A stretch of 64,000 nucleotides of DNA from Octopus sinensis (lineage: Eukaryota). The position numbers were made by a program, and so were the translations under genes. The first letter of the stretch is position 1, and each line of letters begins with the position of its first letter. The notes under the pieces were generated by a model. The model had not been told where the DNA came from, made no database searches, and saw only the letters and a list, made by a program, of their open reading frames with translations. Positions 12,326 through 25,119 of this stretch are shown here, in pieces. The stretch is from the NCBI RefSeq assembly GCF_006345805.1, contig NC_043013.1:21762001-21826000 (forward strand), given 5' to 3'.

Positions 12326-12939
12326 AATATAGAGTGTTACTCAAGATTGTGGGTAATTCTGATGTGATCCAGTTTGAGAGTTTTCACTCATTTGTGAGTA
12401 AGTTACCCTACTTTTTTCCCATTATCTTTGATTTATATTTTAAAACATAAAATCTGAGTTACACATTCAGTTAAGCATCTTGTGTAATTATTGTGCGTAA
12501 TTTTAAAAACTCTTATCATATTCTGTTTTATTTTAAGATCCCTTTTCGTCTCCCTCATAAACTGATGTCATCCATACACAAATATTACACACCAGACATG
12601 CATTATTTTCATCATCAAATATATTGAGAAACTTCTCTGTTAGTCACATGACAAAAAGGTCTTAAAAAACTTTACATTTTCTCTTCCCTCCTCGGTAATC
12701 TTGTGTCTCAATCCGTTTCTAAATTTTCTGCTAAACACATCACTCAAAACTTTATTAGAACTTTAACTCTCCGGAATGAAAACTCTGCAAACAATTATTT
12801 ATCAACTCACGCTTATCTACATCGACCAGAGAAATCGCAGTCAATTTTCAAATGCTAACCGTATTGTCTCTCTTTGGACTAAAACATAGAATACAAGTCA
12901 AGGAATGAAATAAACACAAAAAGATTCAAATTTGTTTAC

Positions 12940-13197
12940 CGTCTCTATACTTGGTCGGCACAGATCTTCTCAACTGATAAAAATGGGTATTATATTCACT
13001 TATTAGCATCCTCTCTGTTGAGTCTTCTTCGTATAAAATACAGCTTGGACTTATCGTTCTGCTCACGAAGGATTTACATGCAGAAGTTTCAAAACAACTC
13101 TTCGAACAGTTGAAGGCGTCCAGGTCAAGTGTCATCAATGTTTTACCGTCTTTCAGAGCACAGTTTGGTACTTTCATAAAATACTTCAGATATTCAA
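12940..13197 (-). CDS. Internal exon (258 nt, phase 1-1) encoding a PAN/Apple-like domain (type A)
   Basis: Acceptor ttgttacag| and donor G|gtaaac; open frame EYLKYFMKVPNCALKDGK..NCSKSCFETSACKSF..SCILYE..FYQLRRSVPTKYRD; CxxxC..CxSF..CxL spacing typical of PAN. Confidence 0.75.
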
Positions 13198-14884
13198 CTG
13201 TAACAAAGCCAGGCAAATTTAACAACCAAAATACGAAGACGAAAATAAAACATTGTGAAAATAGATAATAATAAAGATAGAGAATATTAAATGTTTGAGG
13301 ATCAGCATTGATATTTTTACCAGGAATAAGTGATAGAGTTGTTACTACCATATTGTAAGGTACAAAGCATCTTGGGATATATAATCTGTTTAATGAAAAT
13401 GACTGCGAATGAGTTTTAAATGCTGTTTAATTAATTCTATTATTTAAATGATTCACAAGTTATATACTATAATGTTTAACGGTTGTCGGTTGTAAAGAAT
13501 GTCCCCTAATACCAGCCCTTTGTTTTATTTAACAAAATGCTTACAAACTGACGGAAAACTGAATTATCACCAATGGAAATTATGTTAAGAATTGAATTCG
13601 TCATAATACGAGATTTATCTTGAGTTTTCTTTTCATCTAATTTACTTAGAAAAGGAAAATATTTTCCTCCACTGAACTTATAAATTAAAGTTTTCAGTAG
13701 TGATTTTCATAATTTTCATAGATATATATCTATATATTGATATAAATTTACTTACGTCCATTTCCAAATGTCAGTGAGATGTAGAAGAGAACTGCAATGA
13801 AAATTTATTTTGGAAAAGCATTTCATATTTCATATTCACGTTTAACATTAATTTACAAAGAATGAAGATGAAAGGAATAAGAAAGAGAAGTGCTACAAGC
13901 ATAATTCAGTAACAAATACGGCGATGACCACCACTACATCACCATAAAATTATCCATTGAAATAAGGAGGGAGTGCGATAATTTGGTGATGGATAGAAAG
14001 AGAGGGAACAGAAGAGAGAGGGGTAGGAGGAGTGAGGGTGAGATAAAAAGAGAGAGTAGCAAAAATAGAAAAAGAGGAAGAAAGAAAAAGAAATGTTATT
14101 TGTTTCAAACGAGATCAGAAGCATCAGTATTTTTTGGAAGAGAACATTCTAGACACTTCAGAGACTTTAGTGAAAGTATTACGTATAACTTGTTCGTAGA
14201 ATTAACCACAGTTTCATTGAAACAGAAATAAATCTCATTAACAGGTTGAAGAAAATGAAGAAAGAGAAATTATTTACTAAATTAGTTTATTTATTTACAT
14301 TTAATATTTACAGTACATTTAGAAGTCAAAGAAAATTGTCGTAGAGAGTTACGACATAAAATTTATATTAACTAATTCTTCCATATTAAACTACCAGACT
14401 TTTACACAACGATTCAAAATAGTCTTGTTGGATTTAAGTAATAGAGATGGCATAAAAATAGCCAATATCTCAAGAGAGTGAGTGTCGTGGAAATGAGTGA
14501 CAATCAACGAACACTGAGGGTGAGTGTTGTGGAGTCTAGTAACAACCATCGATCCCTGATTAATTTTCACCTAACTGGACAAGGAAAAGGCATTGTTCAG
14601 AAGAATTAGGTCCTGTTAATATTCACCCACTAACTTAAAATAGAATAGAAGACCTGAAATCCACCTGATGAATGTCCTGAGAAGAGACAATTGTAGTGGC
14701 GAATATAATTTTATTTAATTTATATTAAAATTTTTTTATGTATTGGATTAAGTCTTTCTTTGTTTGATTTGCAAAATAGTGGTTTTGTCTCTAATTAATA
14801 TTATATAATATTTTACTATAAAATTGGATTCAATCTTAAATCTGATTTTCCCTGTAAATTTGGATTTATTCCCTAATATTTATT

Positions 14885-14923
14885 TTATATATATATATAT
14901 ATATATATATGTATAAAATATAT

Positions 14924-14995
<72 letters not shown>

Positions 14996-15190
14996 ATGTA
15001 TGTATATATATATATATATGCATGTATATATATATATATATGCATGTATGCATGTATGTATATATGTATGTATGAATGTATGTATACATACATATATGTA
15101 CATTCATTTGTACATATATATGTATACACATGTGTATATATATGTGCATACATATAAAAACACACATACATATATATATACATACATGTA
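14885..15190. repeat. Compound (AT)n/(GT)n/(ATGT)n microsatellite
   Basis: Directly visible; the shorter paralog is at 62640-62830. Source of the IYIY/HTHT ORFs. Confidence 0.95.
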
Positions 15191-15279
15191 TAATTGCATA
15201 AGTTGGAGTCAAAAAGAAGGAATACGAAGGAACATTTATTTGTAAACCCTAAAATTGTTTCCACGCACCGTAGTCTTTC

Positions 15280-15450
15280 ATTTTGGCAAGAATTTGGTTA
15301 CGCAAACGTTTCTCTTCAGAGAAATATTGTTGTGTCAACGGGTCGTCTGCATGTAACATTATTAAGATATAGTCACATGACAATCGTTCCTTGTGATACT
15401 CAGTGGTGAATAAAATATTGATTAATTGGTATAAACTGGTATTAATAAAG
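15280..15450 (-). mobile_element. Helitron Rep fragment
   Basis: FTTEYHKERLSCDYILIMLHADD matches the Rep motif (Y/T)IEFQKRGLPHAHIL and is similar at DNA level to 20905-20960 and 18470-18500. Confidence 0.55.
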
Positions 15451-16160
15451 GAGTATTGAAGCAAAGGAACATGTTAATTATATATAAACAAAATTATAAT
15501 CTAAGCGGGTTTTTTTTATAAGTAGTGAATATACCAGTATAGTATGAATTTATAGAGATACAAAATTAGAATTAATTTTATAAATAAAGGCTATAAAATA
15601 ATAAAGAAATACAATAAAATGATCATGTAGGGCAGAACACCATAGAAAAGGAAATAAAATAGCTTAATTACCAATACTATGGTAAATCATATGTAGCTTA
15701 TTAACACCAATAGAAATGATTTTTAGAAAAAATATAATAATTCAAAATATATTAGACTAAAAATTATATATTTACTTATTTAGCTAATATGAATTGAAGA
15801 CTGATGTTTGATGTCAGCTAAAGGAATATTTAAGTTATGGAACAATCATATTTTACACTAATCTTTTTTTTTGATTAAGTGTTATATCATAGATTTAAGA
15901 AGTTAATATTGTTACTCCCTACATGATATTTATAGTTTCTTAGTTGTACTTGTTTAGAAGGGTTATTTATATAAAGGCCCTTGTCAATACTAAGATCCGG
16001 AGGGTAGAGCCATTTAAGAAAGAGATAAATCAAGTAATTTCTAAAGATCTTTTCAAACGATATTGTCTTATTGTGTAAAGTTAAAATTTAGGGTAATCAA
16101 GAAGATTATTAAGAATGAAATTTTAACATAAGAATAAAACTTCTTTGAATATTTGGAGTA

Positions 16161-16681
16161 CCGTAAATCCTCGAGTATAGTCCGCCCTTGAGTATAACAT
16201 GCAGGGATTTTCTTTTTTTTTGGGGGGGGGTGTACCTCTGAAAAACCTAAACCTTGTGTATAATATGCACTCCTTCTCTAACTTGAGTCAAGGAGGTCTA
16301 TATAACATCCTTGGTTTGTAAAAATGTATATGGTAACGTCCTTTATTATTATTGTATATATAACATAGTGGGAACGTGTAGTATTTTTGTGCATTTTGTT
16401 TGCAGAAAATAAAGAGATAAGAGTAATAACGTTTAAGAAATGTTGCTTACTGCAAGTTATGGATGATTCTTTTATGACTTCATTGCTTTCAGGTTTAGCT
16501 TAAGGTATTTTCACGCCCGACATCACAAAATGCGTCTGAATAAACATAGCCAGAGAGCAAATAGAGACTCGTACATAGCTTAGAAAATAATTTTCATTTT
16601 TAACCTCGTATATAGTACGCACTAGGTATGTTGATCTTTAGATTTTAGGAAAAAATGCGGATTATACTCGAGGATTTACGT
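16161..16681. mobile_element. Non-autonomous pogo/Tc2-like MITE
   Basis: 25-bp TIRs CCGTAAATCCTCGAGTATAGTCCGC (2 mismatches), TA on both sides, no ORF. Confidence 0.85.
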
Positions 16682-16844
16682 TATATACCAAAGTTTTACC
16701 ACAATAGAGAGAGAGGAGAAAATTGCATTATTTTTGAATATCCTTGTTGCTTATTTTGATTTTAATCACATTAATTTGAAATTGTATGGATAATACCGTA
16801 CTAAATTCTGGTCCCTCAACTTAAGTACCATATTTTTGCTGAAC

Positions 16845-16960
<116 letters not shown>

Positions 16961-18199
16961 CAAAATGTGTTCTTGTGGGGTCTCAGTCGTGATGGCTAAA
17001 TTCTTAAAAAATTAAAAGCATATTAATTATACAATAAAACATTTACTTACAAATAATTCGAATATAATTCCTCCTCAACATCCTGTCTGTTTTCTAGGTA
17101 GAAATGGCTGTCGAAAACGAGATGTAACTTGCTTGAATTTATCCTCTTAATGAAAGATAATCATTATATGAACTTCGTATCGATTTATCACTATTAGCTG
17201 GCATTGTATTCCACAACTGGAGTGTTTGTATCTATTCAATACACTTTATAAAGATACTCCGGGTGAAAAGGTATTGACTTAACGATTGAGAGGGCATAAG
17301 ATCACCAGATGATACATATAAATATATATGTGTGTGTATGTGTGTGTGCGTGCCGGTCTGTGTGAATGCATGTGCATGTACGTGTGTGTATGTGTGTGTG
17401 CTTTTGCATGTGTATGCGTATGCATGTTTATACTACTATACAAAAATACCAACAACTTTATCAAAAACAATTAAAGCAACCATTGATAAATTTCGTATCT
17501 AAAGACTTTGCCGTTTTTCATTCTTTTAAAAATTCCAATAATTCTTAAATGTGACATTTCCCGCTGTGAGTTGAAACTAAAGGGTCGCACTCATTTATAA
17601 AGTATATTTCCACTTGCGTTATTAAAACGATGACAGCTATTTCATGCCAACTTATATCATACACCATCAGCTATTTTAAGATCGTCAAAAAATGCGAGCT
17701 CCTTCAACAGGTAACAATAACAATCTCAGATAAAATATTTCTTTTTGCTTTGGACTTGGAAACTAAAGTCTTGAAATAATTCTCTCTTCTCATCTCTCGT
17801 GTAGTTTCCAAACAGTCATCCCTTTGTCACACACATAATGATAAGGAATATCAATATGCAACCGGCGTCTTGTATTTCTGTATCATTTACTAAGGACAAA
17901 CCATGATGGTAGAGGCGTGTTACGACGGGCAGCTCTTCTCTCTCTCTAACGCTTCTTTCTCATTACTTTCTCCGTAAAAGAAAGATTCTTGCTGTTGCAC
18001 TGGCAGCGAGTATAATAGCATGGGGTCTGTTATATATTTTCATCATGTACAACTTCAACGTCCATCTTTCATTTACTTATATTAAATTTAATGTTCTTGT
18101 AGCCTTTATAGAGTTACTCGAATATGTATTTCATTGACTTGGTAGTCGGACATATTTGCATATTTACATGCGCTTTGAAAGTACGACATTGGTCCTTTC

Positions 18200-18500
18200 T
18201 ATTGAGGACTACACACCTATTATTAACTTTAGTAACTTGTATCGTCCCTCCTTGGCGTCACCTGTAGCATGGATAACCATTGTCGTTTGCTCATGTTTCT
18301 TCAAGATATTCGCTAGGAATCTTCTTTGACAGTGTCCGTTCACCATGCAACATCCTCTCAGGTGTCTTTCACTCTCAGGCCCATGTTTCATGCGTGTTGT
18401 TTTAGAATATCATGAAACAAATGCTCAGTTTCTACGACAGAAACTTCGCTGCTGCAAACAATCTGATCTATTTGCAACGAGTCATCTGCATGTAATATTA
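18200..18500 (-). mobile_element. Helitron Rep remnant, downstream part
   Basis: ILHADD..IDQIV..MKHGP..CMVNGHCQRRF..NDNGYPCYR matches the Helitron MxHGPCG..CMxDGKCxKxFPK..GYPxYRRR motif. Confidence 0.7.
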
Positions 18501-20853
18501 TTTTATATCCTTGTGTTCGATATATAATTTAACAACTTCTCACTACTATTACTATTACCTGAGTCTCAACGCTCTCAATCACGGCTCACAGTGAACTGCT
18601 TGCCAACTTGAACTGCCAATCGATACACTCAATTAAGGACGTAATAATCTAATTTTTTCGAGTACATATTTTACGTGCTCTACGTGTTCATCCCTGGATT
18701 CGTTTTTTTAATGAGTATATTATCCAGGTATGGAGTCAAAAATTCACAGTCCGCTAATATTGCATCCAAAATCTCTTGAAAAATCGCTGGTGTGACTTTT
18801 AAGCCAAATTGTAACCTGTTGTATTTATACAGTCTTTCCTGTGTGTTAATTGTTATGTATTTAGAGCATTCATCGTATACTCTAATTTGTTGGTACGCGT
18901 CAGAGAGATCCAATTTAGAAAAAATCTTGCTACTGTTTAATTTAAAAAAAAAATTATTTTCAGTTCTACTAACGACTTATTGTGCTATGGGAAATAAAAC
19001 CACTCACAGTCTTGGAGAAAAGATCTGTAAGAAGGTCCCATAAGCTAAATAATTCCATCCGGTCAGTTCCGATTAAATTTGTCGTATTATTTAACACAAA
19101 AACTTTGGCTTTTAAGGTTTTTTAACGAAACGTAGTGTCTCTTATAAATTCGCCCTTAAAATATAATTTTTTGCATGAAACACCACGGGCAATGTTTGAA
19201 GTTTCATTTAATCATGTATCTGTGTTAATTATCGAGATATCGCTGTCCGCATCCAAGCGTAACTTTACGTTTGTGTTATTACTTTTTACGTACAAAAATT
19301 TCCTTTGGAGCACTTTCGTATGTCTTGTCACCGATAACCGGTTGACGTTATTTTTCTGTTGAACCATTTACGACGTTTTGTTTTACAGTGTGATTTTTTA
19401 TAACCTATTCGGCCACACTTGAAACATTTAATATTTTTAAACGGACAGTTACTTTTAAAACGTAGACCACATCACCCACAACATGTTTTCGGTCTTTATA
19501 TATTTTTCTCTTTTTTCTTATCTGTTACCGGTAGATTCGCTTAAACATGAGATTAATCTTTTGCTTCAAGTTTATCTGCGTTGTGTCGTAGATTTATAAT
19601 CCTCTGATATACTTCTGCTTTCTAACTTTTCAATATCTGGGAGCGTATATCTGCATCGTTGTTTGTAGAAAACCTTTGAACAAAAAACTAAACACTTGAA
19701 CACGTCCGGGGTCAACCCATTCAATTTTAATTTCTCACACTCTCTGTTAAACTCTCCGACATAGGTGACGAAATCTTCAGCAGCGTTTCTGACCCAATTT
19801 AAACATTGCCAGCGAGTATTGAAGAGGAAACTTCTTTCATTGAAAATTTTCGATAAAATATTGCTTCGTCGAAACAAATATCACCAGGTTTCTTCGGCAG
19901 AAAACAATTACCATATTTCTCGTATTCGGCTAGAGATAGCATTCTTAAACGCATTTGTATTTTTTTTTATCGTCGCACCAACTTTTGTTTTCTTCTTTGA
20001 AGATTTCCTCGTATCTTCGAAAATATGCAGAGAAGATAATCCCTTCTGGATTGTAATTAAATTGTTCAATTGAGCTTGTTACGCTGTCTGGCGAGAACGA
20101 ACCTGAAGTATTTTCGGAATTCTTCAATATTAGTTTCAGTAACTGTTAGTTTTGTTGTTGTTGCTGTTTGTTTGTTTGTTTGTTGAGCCAAGCGGTCTTT
20201 GTCCCAGAGTGGGAGAAGTCCGAAACGTGGTCCTTTGCTATTCGTAAGACCCGCAGAAGAGAAAGCAGGTCAACCCCTGACACAGAAATCATCGACAGAT
20301 GGATGATTGTACATCCAGGCTCAGCGGTTGCGTAGGAAGTCGGGAATAAGAAACAGGAAGAAAGAGTGAGAGAAAGTTGGAGAGAAAGAGTACAAGCTTT
20401 AGGTATTTTCGCTCAATAAACACACACAACGCCCGGTCTGGGAATCGAAACCGCGATCCTCCGACAGCGAGCCTGCTGCCCTAACCACTGGGCCATTGCG
20501 CCTCCACTGTTGTTGCTGTTGTACTTGCTTCTGCTGCTGCAGTTGCTGCTGTAGTTTCTGCTTTAGTTTCTGTTGTTATCGCTGCTGCTGCTGTTGCAAC
20601 TGCATCACAGAGGACAATAAGTCGTCCATGCTAAAACGATTATTTCTTTGGTTTCCTTAAAAAAAAAAATTCAAACGTCCAACGCAAGCTTCGAACAACT
20701 CATCGCTACTTTTATATCCTGGGGCAAATAAAGTATTTACACGATGCACTACTATTACTGTTACACGAGATTCAATGCACTCAATCACGGCTCACAGTGA
20801 ACTGCTTGCCAACCCAAACTACCAATCGCTCACAGTTCTTTTGTTTTATAACA
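18501..20853 (-). mobile_element. Internally deleted Ty3/Gypsy LTR retrotransposon (gag, protease region, RT N-half; two decayed LTRs of about 145 bp)
   Basis: RT DLSDAYQQI..TINT..YKYNRLQFGLK..PAIFQ..YLDNILI (18680-18913); gag DFVTYVGEFNRECEKLKL..FKCLVF (19572-19877). Direct repeats at 18501-18645 and 20710-20853 share CTCAATCACGGCTCACAGTGAACTGCTTGCCAAC; PBS-like GTAGCGATGAG lies next to the 5' LTR. Confidence 0.8.
20180..20505 (-). mobile_element. tRNA-derived SINE inserted in the Gypsy gag region
   Basis: Head GGAGGCGCAATGGCCCAGTGGTTAGGGCAGC..GGTTTCGATTCCC with A and B boxes. Confidence 0.8.
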
Positions 20854-20899
20854 ATGAGTCAACCCACCTTTAGTCACTTGGTAGGATGGTCGGAATCCT

Positions 20900-21500
20900 T
20901 CCACATCATATTACTAAGGTATGGCCACATGGCAATCGTTTCTTCCGATACTCAATGGTGAGCAAACGAGCAAACAACTCTATAGAAAATGTGTTTTATT
21001 TTAACGTCATTCAAAAGTTATATTTCTTTCAGTTTGAAACACTATGTTCCAAAATCTGTTCTGTTTGAGGGATTTTGTTCATGAAATAAGTTATCCTTAA
21101 TTTCTTGTCAATTTGGATTAAATGTTATAAAATGAAAATATCAGGCGAGCCATGTTGCCTTACTAAAGCCATTGCCTCGTAATACCATTCTTGCATGTTT
21201 CTTGGAAATTCTTGGAATGAAGACGGATGAATAAGTGTATGTGTGTGTCCAGCCCGAAAACCAGTATTATGCGCAACCTTATTTAGATGATCATCTGAGC
21301 TTTTGTAAAGTTCCACGTTCAATATTTGTTGTTGTTTCTTGATAAAATCCAGGTTATTGGCTTCCACTTGTAAGCAGAAGTCTACCGCGCAATGCTGGAA
21401 GATCCCCCCCACCCTTGAATAATGGGATTGATCTACTCATGTTTGACTACTCTGCGGCAACAATGTGATGTTCCATCGATTGAGAATATTTCCTACCATT
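20900..21500 (-). mobile_element. Helitron Rep remnant, upstream part
   Basis: GGIFQHCAVD..EANNLDFIK..QQ..HPSSF..PRNMQ..EAMALVRQHGSPDIFI..NPN..TIEYRKKRLPCGH, all canonical Helitron Rep motifs. Confidence 0.85.
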
Positions 21501-21657
21501 TATTCATTATTTACATTGGACGGATATGAGGCCACATCTTGTTTATTATTACCATAACGCTTCGGTTGATTTACTCTCCAGCCTTCCTCAGGTATTTTTG
21601 CTGGTGTTGTTGTTATTATTATTATTATAGTTATTATTATTATTATTATAGTTATTA

Positions 21658-21732
<75 letters not shown>

Positions 21733-21734
<2 letters not shown>

Positions 21735-22082
21735 AATTATTGTCTTTGCACAGCTTCTCACGCTGGAAATCTATTACGGTGTTAGCTGTTCATTACCAGT
21801 GAACTAAGGTAACACCTCTTATTTTTCACTCACCATCCAGAGTATTCTAACAATTCCAAGTAGTGCTGTTTTATGCAAGTTCTCCTCCTTTATTGCCGCC
21901 TCTATTTGTTCCATGGACTTCTCAAGATTTTTACTCACTGTTCCCAGGACCCCGACAATTACTGGTACTACTACCACCATTTTCATCGAAAACAACTACT
22001 TAAGCTCCCTAGTTAACCTGTCATATCTATCGACATTTCTTTATTCTTTATTGCATAGTTTGTCAACAGGGCATGCCATATC

Positions 22083-22121
<39 letters not shown>

Positions 22122-22475
22122 AATTATTATTATTTTGCACAGCTTCTCACTCACGCTGGAAATCTATTACGGTGTTAGCTGTTCATTACCAGTGAACTAA
22201 GGTAACACCTCTTATTTTTCACTCACCATCCAGAGTATTCTAACAATTCCAAGTAGTGCTGTTTTATGCAAGTTCTCCTCCTTTATTGCCGCCTCTATTT
22301 GTTCCATGGACTTCTCAAGATTTTTACTCACTGTTCCCAGGACCCCGACAATTACTGGTACTACTACCACCATTTTCATCGAAAACAACTACTTAAGCTC
22401 CCTAGTTAACCTGTCATATCTATCGACATTTCTTTATTCTTTATTGCATAGTTTGTCAACAGGGCATGCCATATC

Positions 22476-22490
<15 letters not shown>
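21733..22490 (-). repeat. Two near-identical tandem copies (period about 393 bp) of an R4-like 3' end, separated and flanked by (TTA)n
   Basis: Minus strand reads VVVVPVIVGVLGTVSKNLEK..LHKTALLGIVRIL, then 3'UTR and (AAT)n tail; both copies are truncated at the same point. Confidence 0.85.
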
Positions 22491-22532
<42 letters not shown>

Positions 22533-22533
<1 letters not shown>

Positions 22534-22610
22534 CAGCCTGGAATTGAACTTGGAATCTTGAGGATAGTAGCCCGCGCCCTTAACCATTACGCTATATTCC
22601 CGTGGCTATA
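22533..22610 (-). mobile_element. tRNA-derived SINE head
   Basis: GGGAATATAGCGTAATGGTTAAGGGCGCGGGC..CAAGTTCAATTCC with A/B-box-like motifs. Confidence 0.55.
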
Positions 22611-24464
22611 TATATATATATGCCCGAGGACACATATCCTTCCTAATAATATAACCAATGTACAGAATTCCTCATCACTAAAATATGGAATAGTTCTACC
22701 ATTTTTTGTTGCCATCCTGGTTCACGGAAAGGAGAAAAACAAAGTATGTCTTCGGGCTCAATTTCGACTTGAAAACGTTTAGATTAATCAGTGACACATC
22801 ATTATTTTTGTGGATAAACTCGAAAATCTTTATTGAATGGAGCCTGTCCATGGGAATGTCTCGAAAATATAGAAATTTCATTGACAGCTGGTAATCTATG
22901 TCTTCTCCTGCCGGCACTGCAATCTCTGTTACAAGCAATATTTACGATCGTCAGAGGCCTTACTTCTTAGCGTGCATGTTCTTCCTCTTCGGTTTAACCA
23001 ATAGCCACAATCTGCTTTCTGTGTAGCTTCCAGTTGTTCCTCACCGAAATCTGATCTCTGTTCTCTTTGTCTTTCTCTCCTTAATCTCCTTTTCTGTATC
23101 TCCTTTCCGGAGTCTCCTCGCTATTCTCCATTTCATTCCAGGCTGTATTACGTGACAATAATATACCAGCAATAGACATACACAGGGTTGACGCATATAA
23201 ACAACCGGAAATGGTTGTAACACTTCTGTTGAGAAGATTATCGTCCACGTATTCACGTGTATGCCTGTGTGAATTTGTGTGCGGTCGCGCGCGCGCGCGC
23301 GTGTGTGTGTGGCGTGTATGTGTGCAACGTGTATGTATGTAACGATAAATGAAGTGGGGGTCAATTAGCGAAAGGGGAAGTATATAAAATAGAGTGAGGG
23401 GCAGAGAACGGTTTTTAAGGGCTGGAATTTGAGGTGCTTTGGTATGAGTATTACTGCAAACTTTTGTCGCGAAATTTGGGAGAAATATAATTCCAAACAA
23501 ACAAAATTCAAAAGAGAATTCTAAATAAAATGGATGTGGACACACACACACACACACACACACATCTAATGACCGTGAGGAATATTATTCTTTTTTCTGT
23601 TGCTGTATCAGTCGGATAAATTCCTATTAAGCTGACGAGATTTTAGAACGTATACAGAAATCAATAGAAGATCCGAACGAAGGGACACTATAAGCAGTGT
23701 AGCAAAGGATGTTCAGCATTCTAACATATTGGTAATCAACGGTAAATGATGATATCAGCAATTTAAACAATTTCACGATCTCTTGCACACTCTCAGAAAT
23801 TAACAAGGTTAATTACAAAGTAGAAATCTTACTAACATAGAACTGACGATAAGAATTTGAGAAGAATTATGAAAATACATTTGATATGATGATTACGTGG
23901 ATCTCCGTTGATTTCGACGATGAATTCGATCCTCAGGACAACTTACTCATTGAATTAGTGTACAAGTCACAGAACATTCTCAGATAGAATCAGATTGAGA
24001 CAATGCGACACGGTTTCACCTTTAAATTACAACTGTTACCAACTGGACAGGATTCTACACAGTTTCTCTGTAATTTCACTTACAAAGCTTTGGTCGACTT
24101 GAGATGATGGTAAAATGTACTAGCCGAAAATACTGTGTTTTAGGGTCACGCGATTTTGAGAGGAATTTCTAAGCTATCCAACCACGCTCTTTATCATATA
24201 ACCAGTTCCAATTCAGTTCCAAACACTTGTGTTCTTAAAATGACAATATCCTTCTTGAATAATAGATTTAAGATTAAGAAAAAACAAGACAAAAATAAAC
24301 CAAATGGTTGTATCAAAACTGCAAGTTTAAATGAGGAAACTTCTGTAAAGATGTCCGACTCGCGAAACCTAAAAGAAAGGAAAGGAAAATTCAAAAAAAT
24401 CCGCCCCACCCCTAAGCTACTCCTCTTTCTCCTACAATCACCTCCAGCCCTCACATATTTTTGA

Positions 24465-24650
24465 TAATCTCAAGTACAAGACAAAAGTCGAAACTAAACA
24501 ATATTTAATAATTCCACACAGTAGTAGGAGCAAAGATGGCATCACGAGACGGTTACAATACCAGTGATTGTAGAAGCACTTGGGACGATAAAAAATGAAC
24601 TGAAGATAATTTGAGAATGATCCCTGGACTACCATCCATGCAGGAAGTTC
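24465..24650 (+). mobile_element. R4-like RLE 3' fragment
   Basis: ..VTIPVIVEALGTIK..LRMIPGLPSMQEV. Confidence 0.55.
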
Positions 24651-25119
24651 TTAAACTATATATGAAATGTATTTCTGTAATTATTAAACTGTACTTTTTA
24701 TAGCAGTCAAAAGAACACGAAAATATATTTAATATACATGCCCGCTAATGTTCGTTAGCGTTCCAGAAAGTATATTTCTCTACGGCATTTATATAGCTGT
24801 AGTTAGGACTGCGTATAATGATAACACTTAAGTTATAAGTGACGGTCTTATCATTATATATCCCTACTTTAAAAGCTAAATAATTTTATCTATTTCCAAA
24901 TAGGAAACATAATAAGTAGCGTTGCATTAACTGTAAACAAACTAACTAGAAAATATATGCTATAAAATATAACATAAGAGAAACTTGGTAGCCATACCGC
25001 TATACACGCACCCAGATGTAGCTGAATAATATACTGGCTGAAAATAACCAGCATGTTGTTAATTTGGGGTCCTAGTCTGTCTATGAGGAAGCTATCTTCA
25101 TAGACAGACTAGGGGCCCT

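Larger units (their letters stand above)
12724..16530. repeat. Segmental duplication copy C (paralog of 60409-64000, offset about 47.7 kb)
   Basis: Colinear, highly similar sequence from TTTTCTGCTAAACACATCACTC through the PAN exon, intron, Helitron fragment and MITE. Confidence 0.95.

Noticed and set aside
14475-14560. Two-unit repeat encoding RVSVVE.S.N.R.L on the plus strand (also at 62480-62570)
   Set aside because: No splice sites or sustained frame; no more conserved than the rest of the duplicated intron.
14866-15264. Many ORFs of IYIY, YYYY, LLLL, MYVC and HTHT type here and across the window
   Set aside because: Translations of microsatellites.
15280-15350. Apparent small phase 1-1 host exon (catgcag|ACGAC..GACTACG|gtgcgt), [25 protein letters not shown]
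   Set aside because: The upstream frame is the Helitron EFQKRGLPHAHIL motif and matches 20905-20960 and 18470-18500; the paralog at about 62950 has a frameshift and no GT.
23634-24107. Protein-like acidic plus-strand frame (EFEKNYENTFDM..DFDDEFDPQD)
   Set aside because: Seven stops in about 158 codons is close to chance for this composition; no family recognised.
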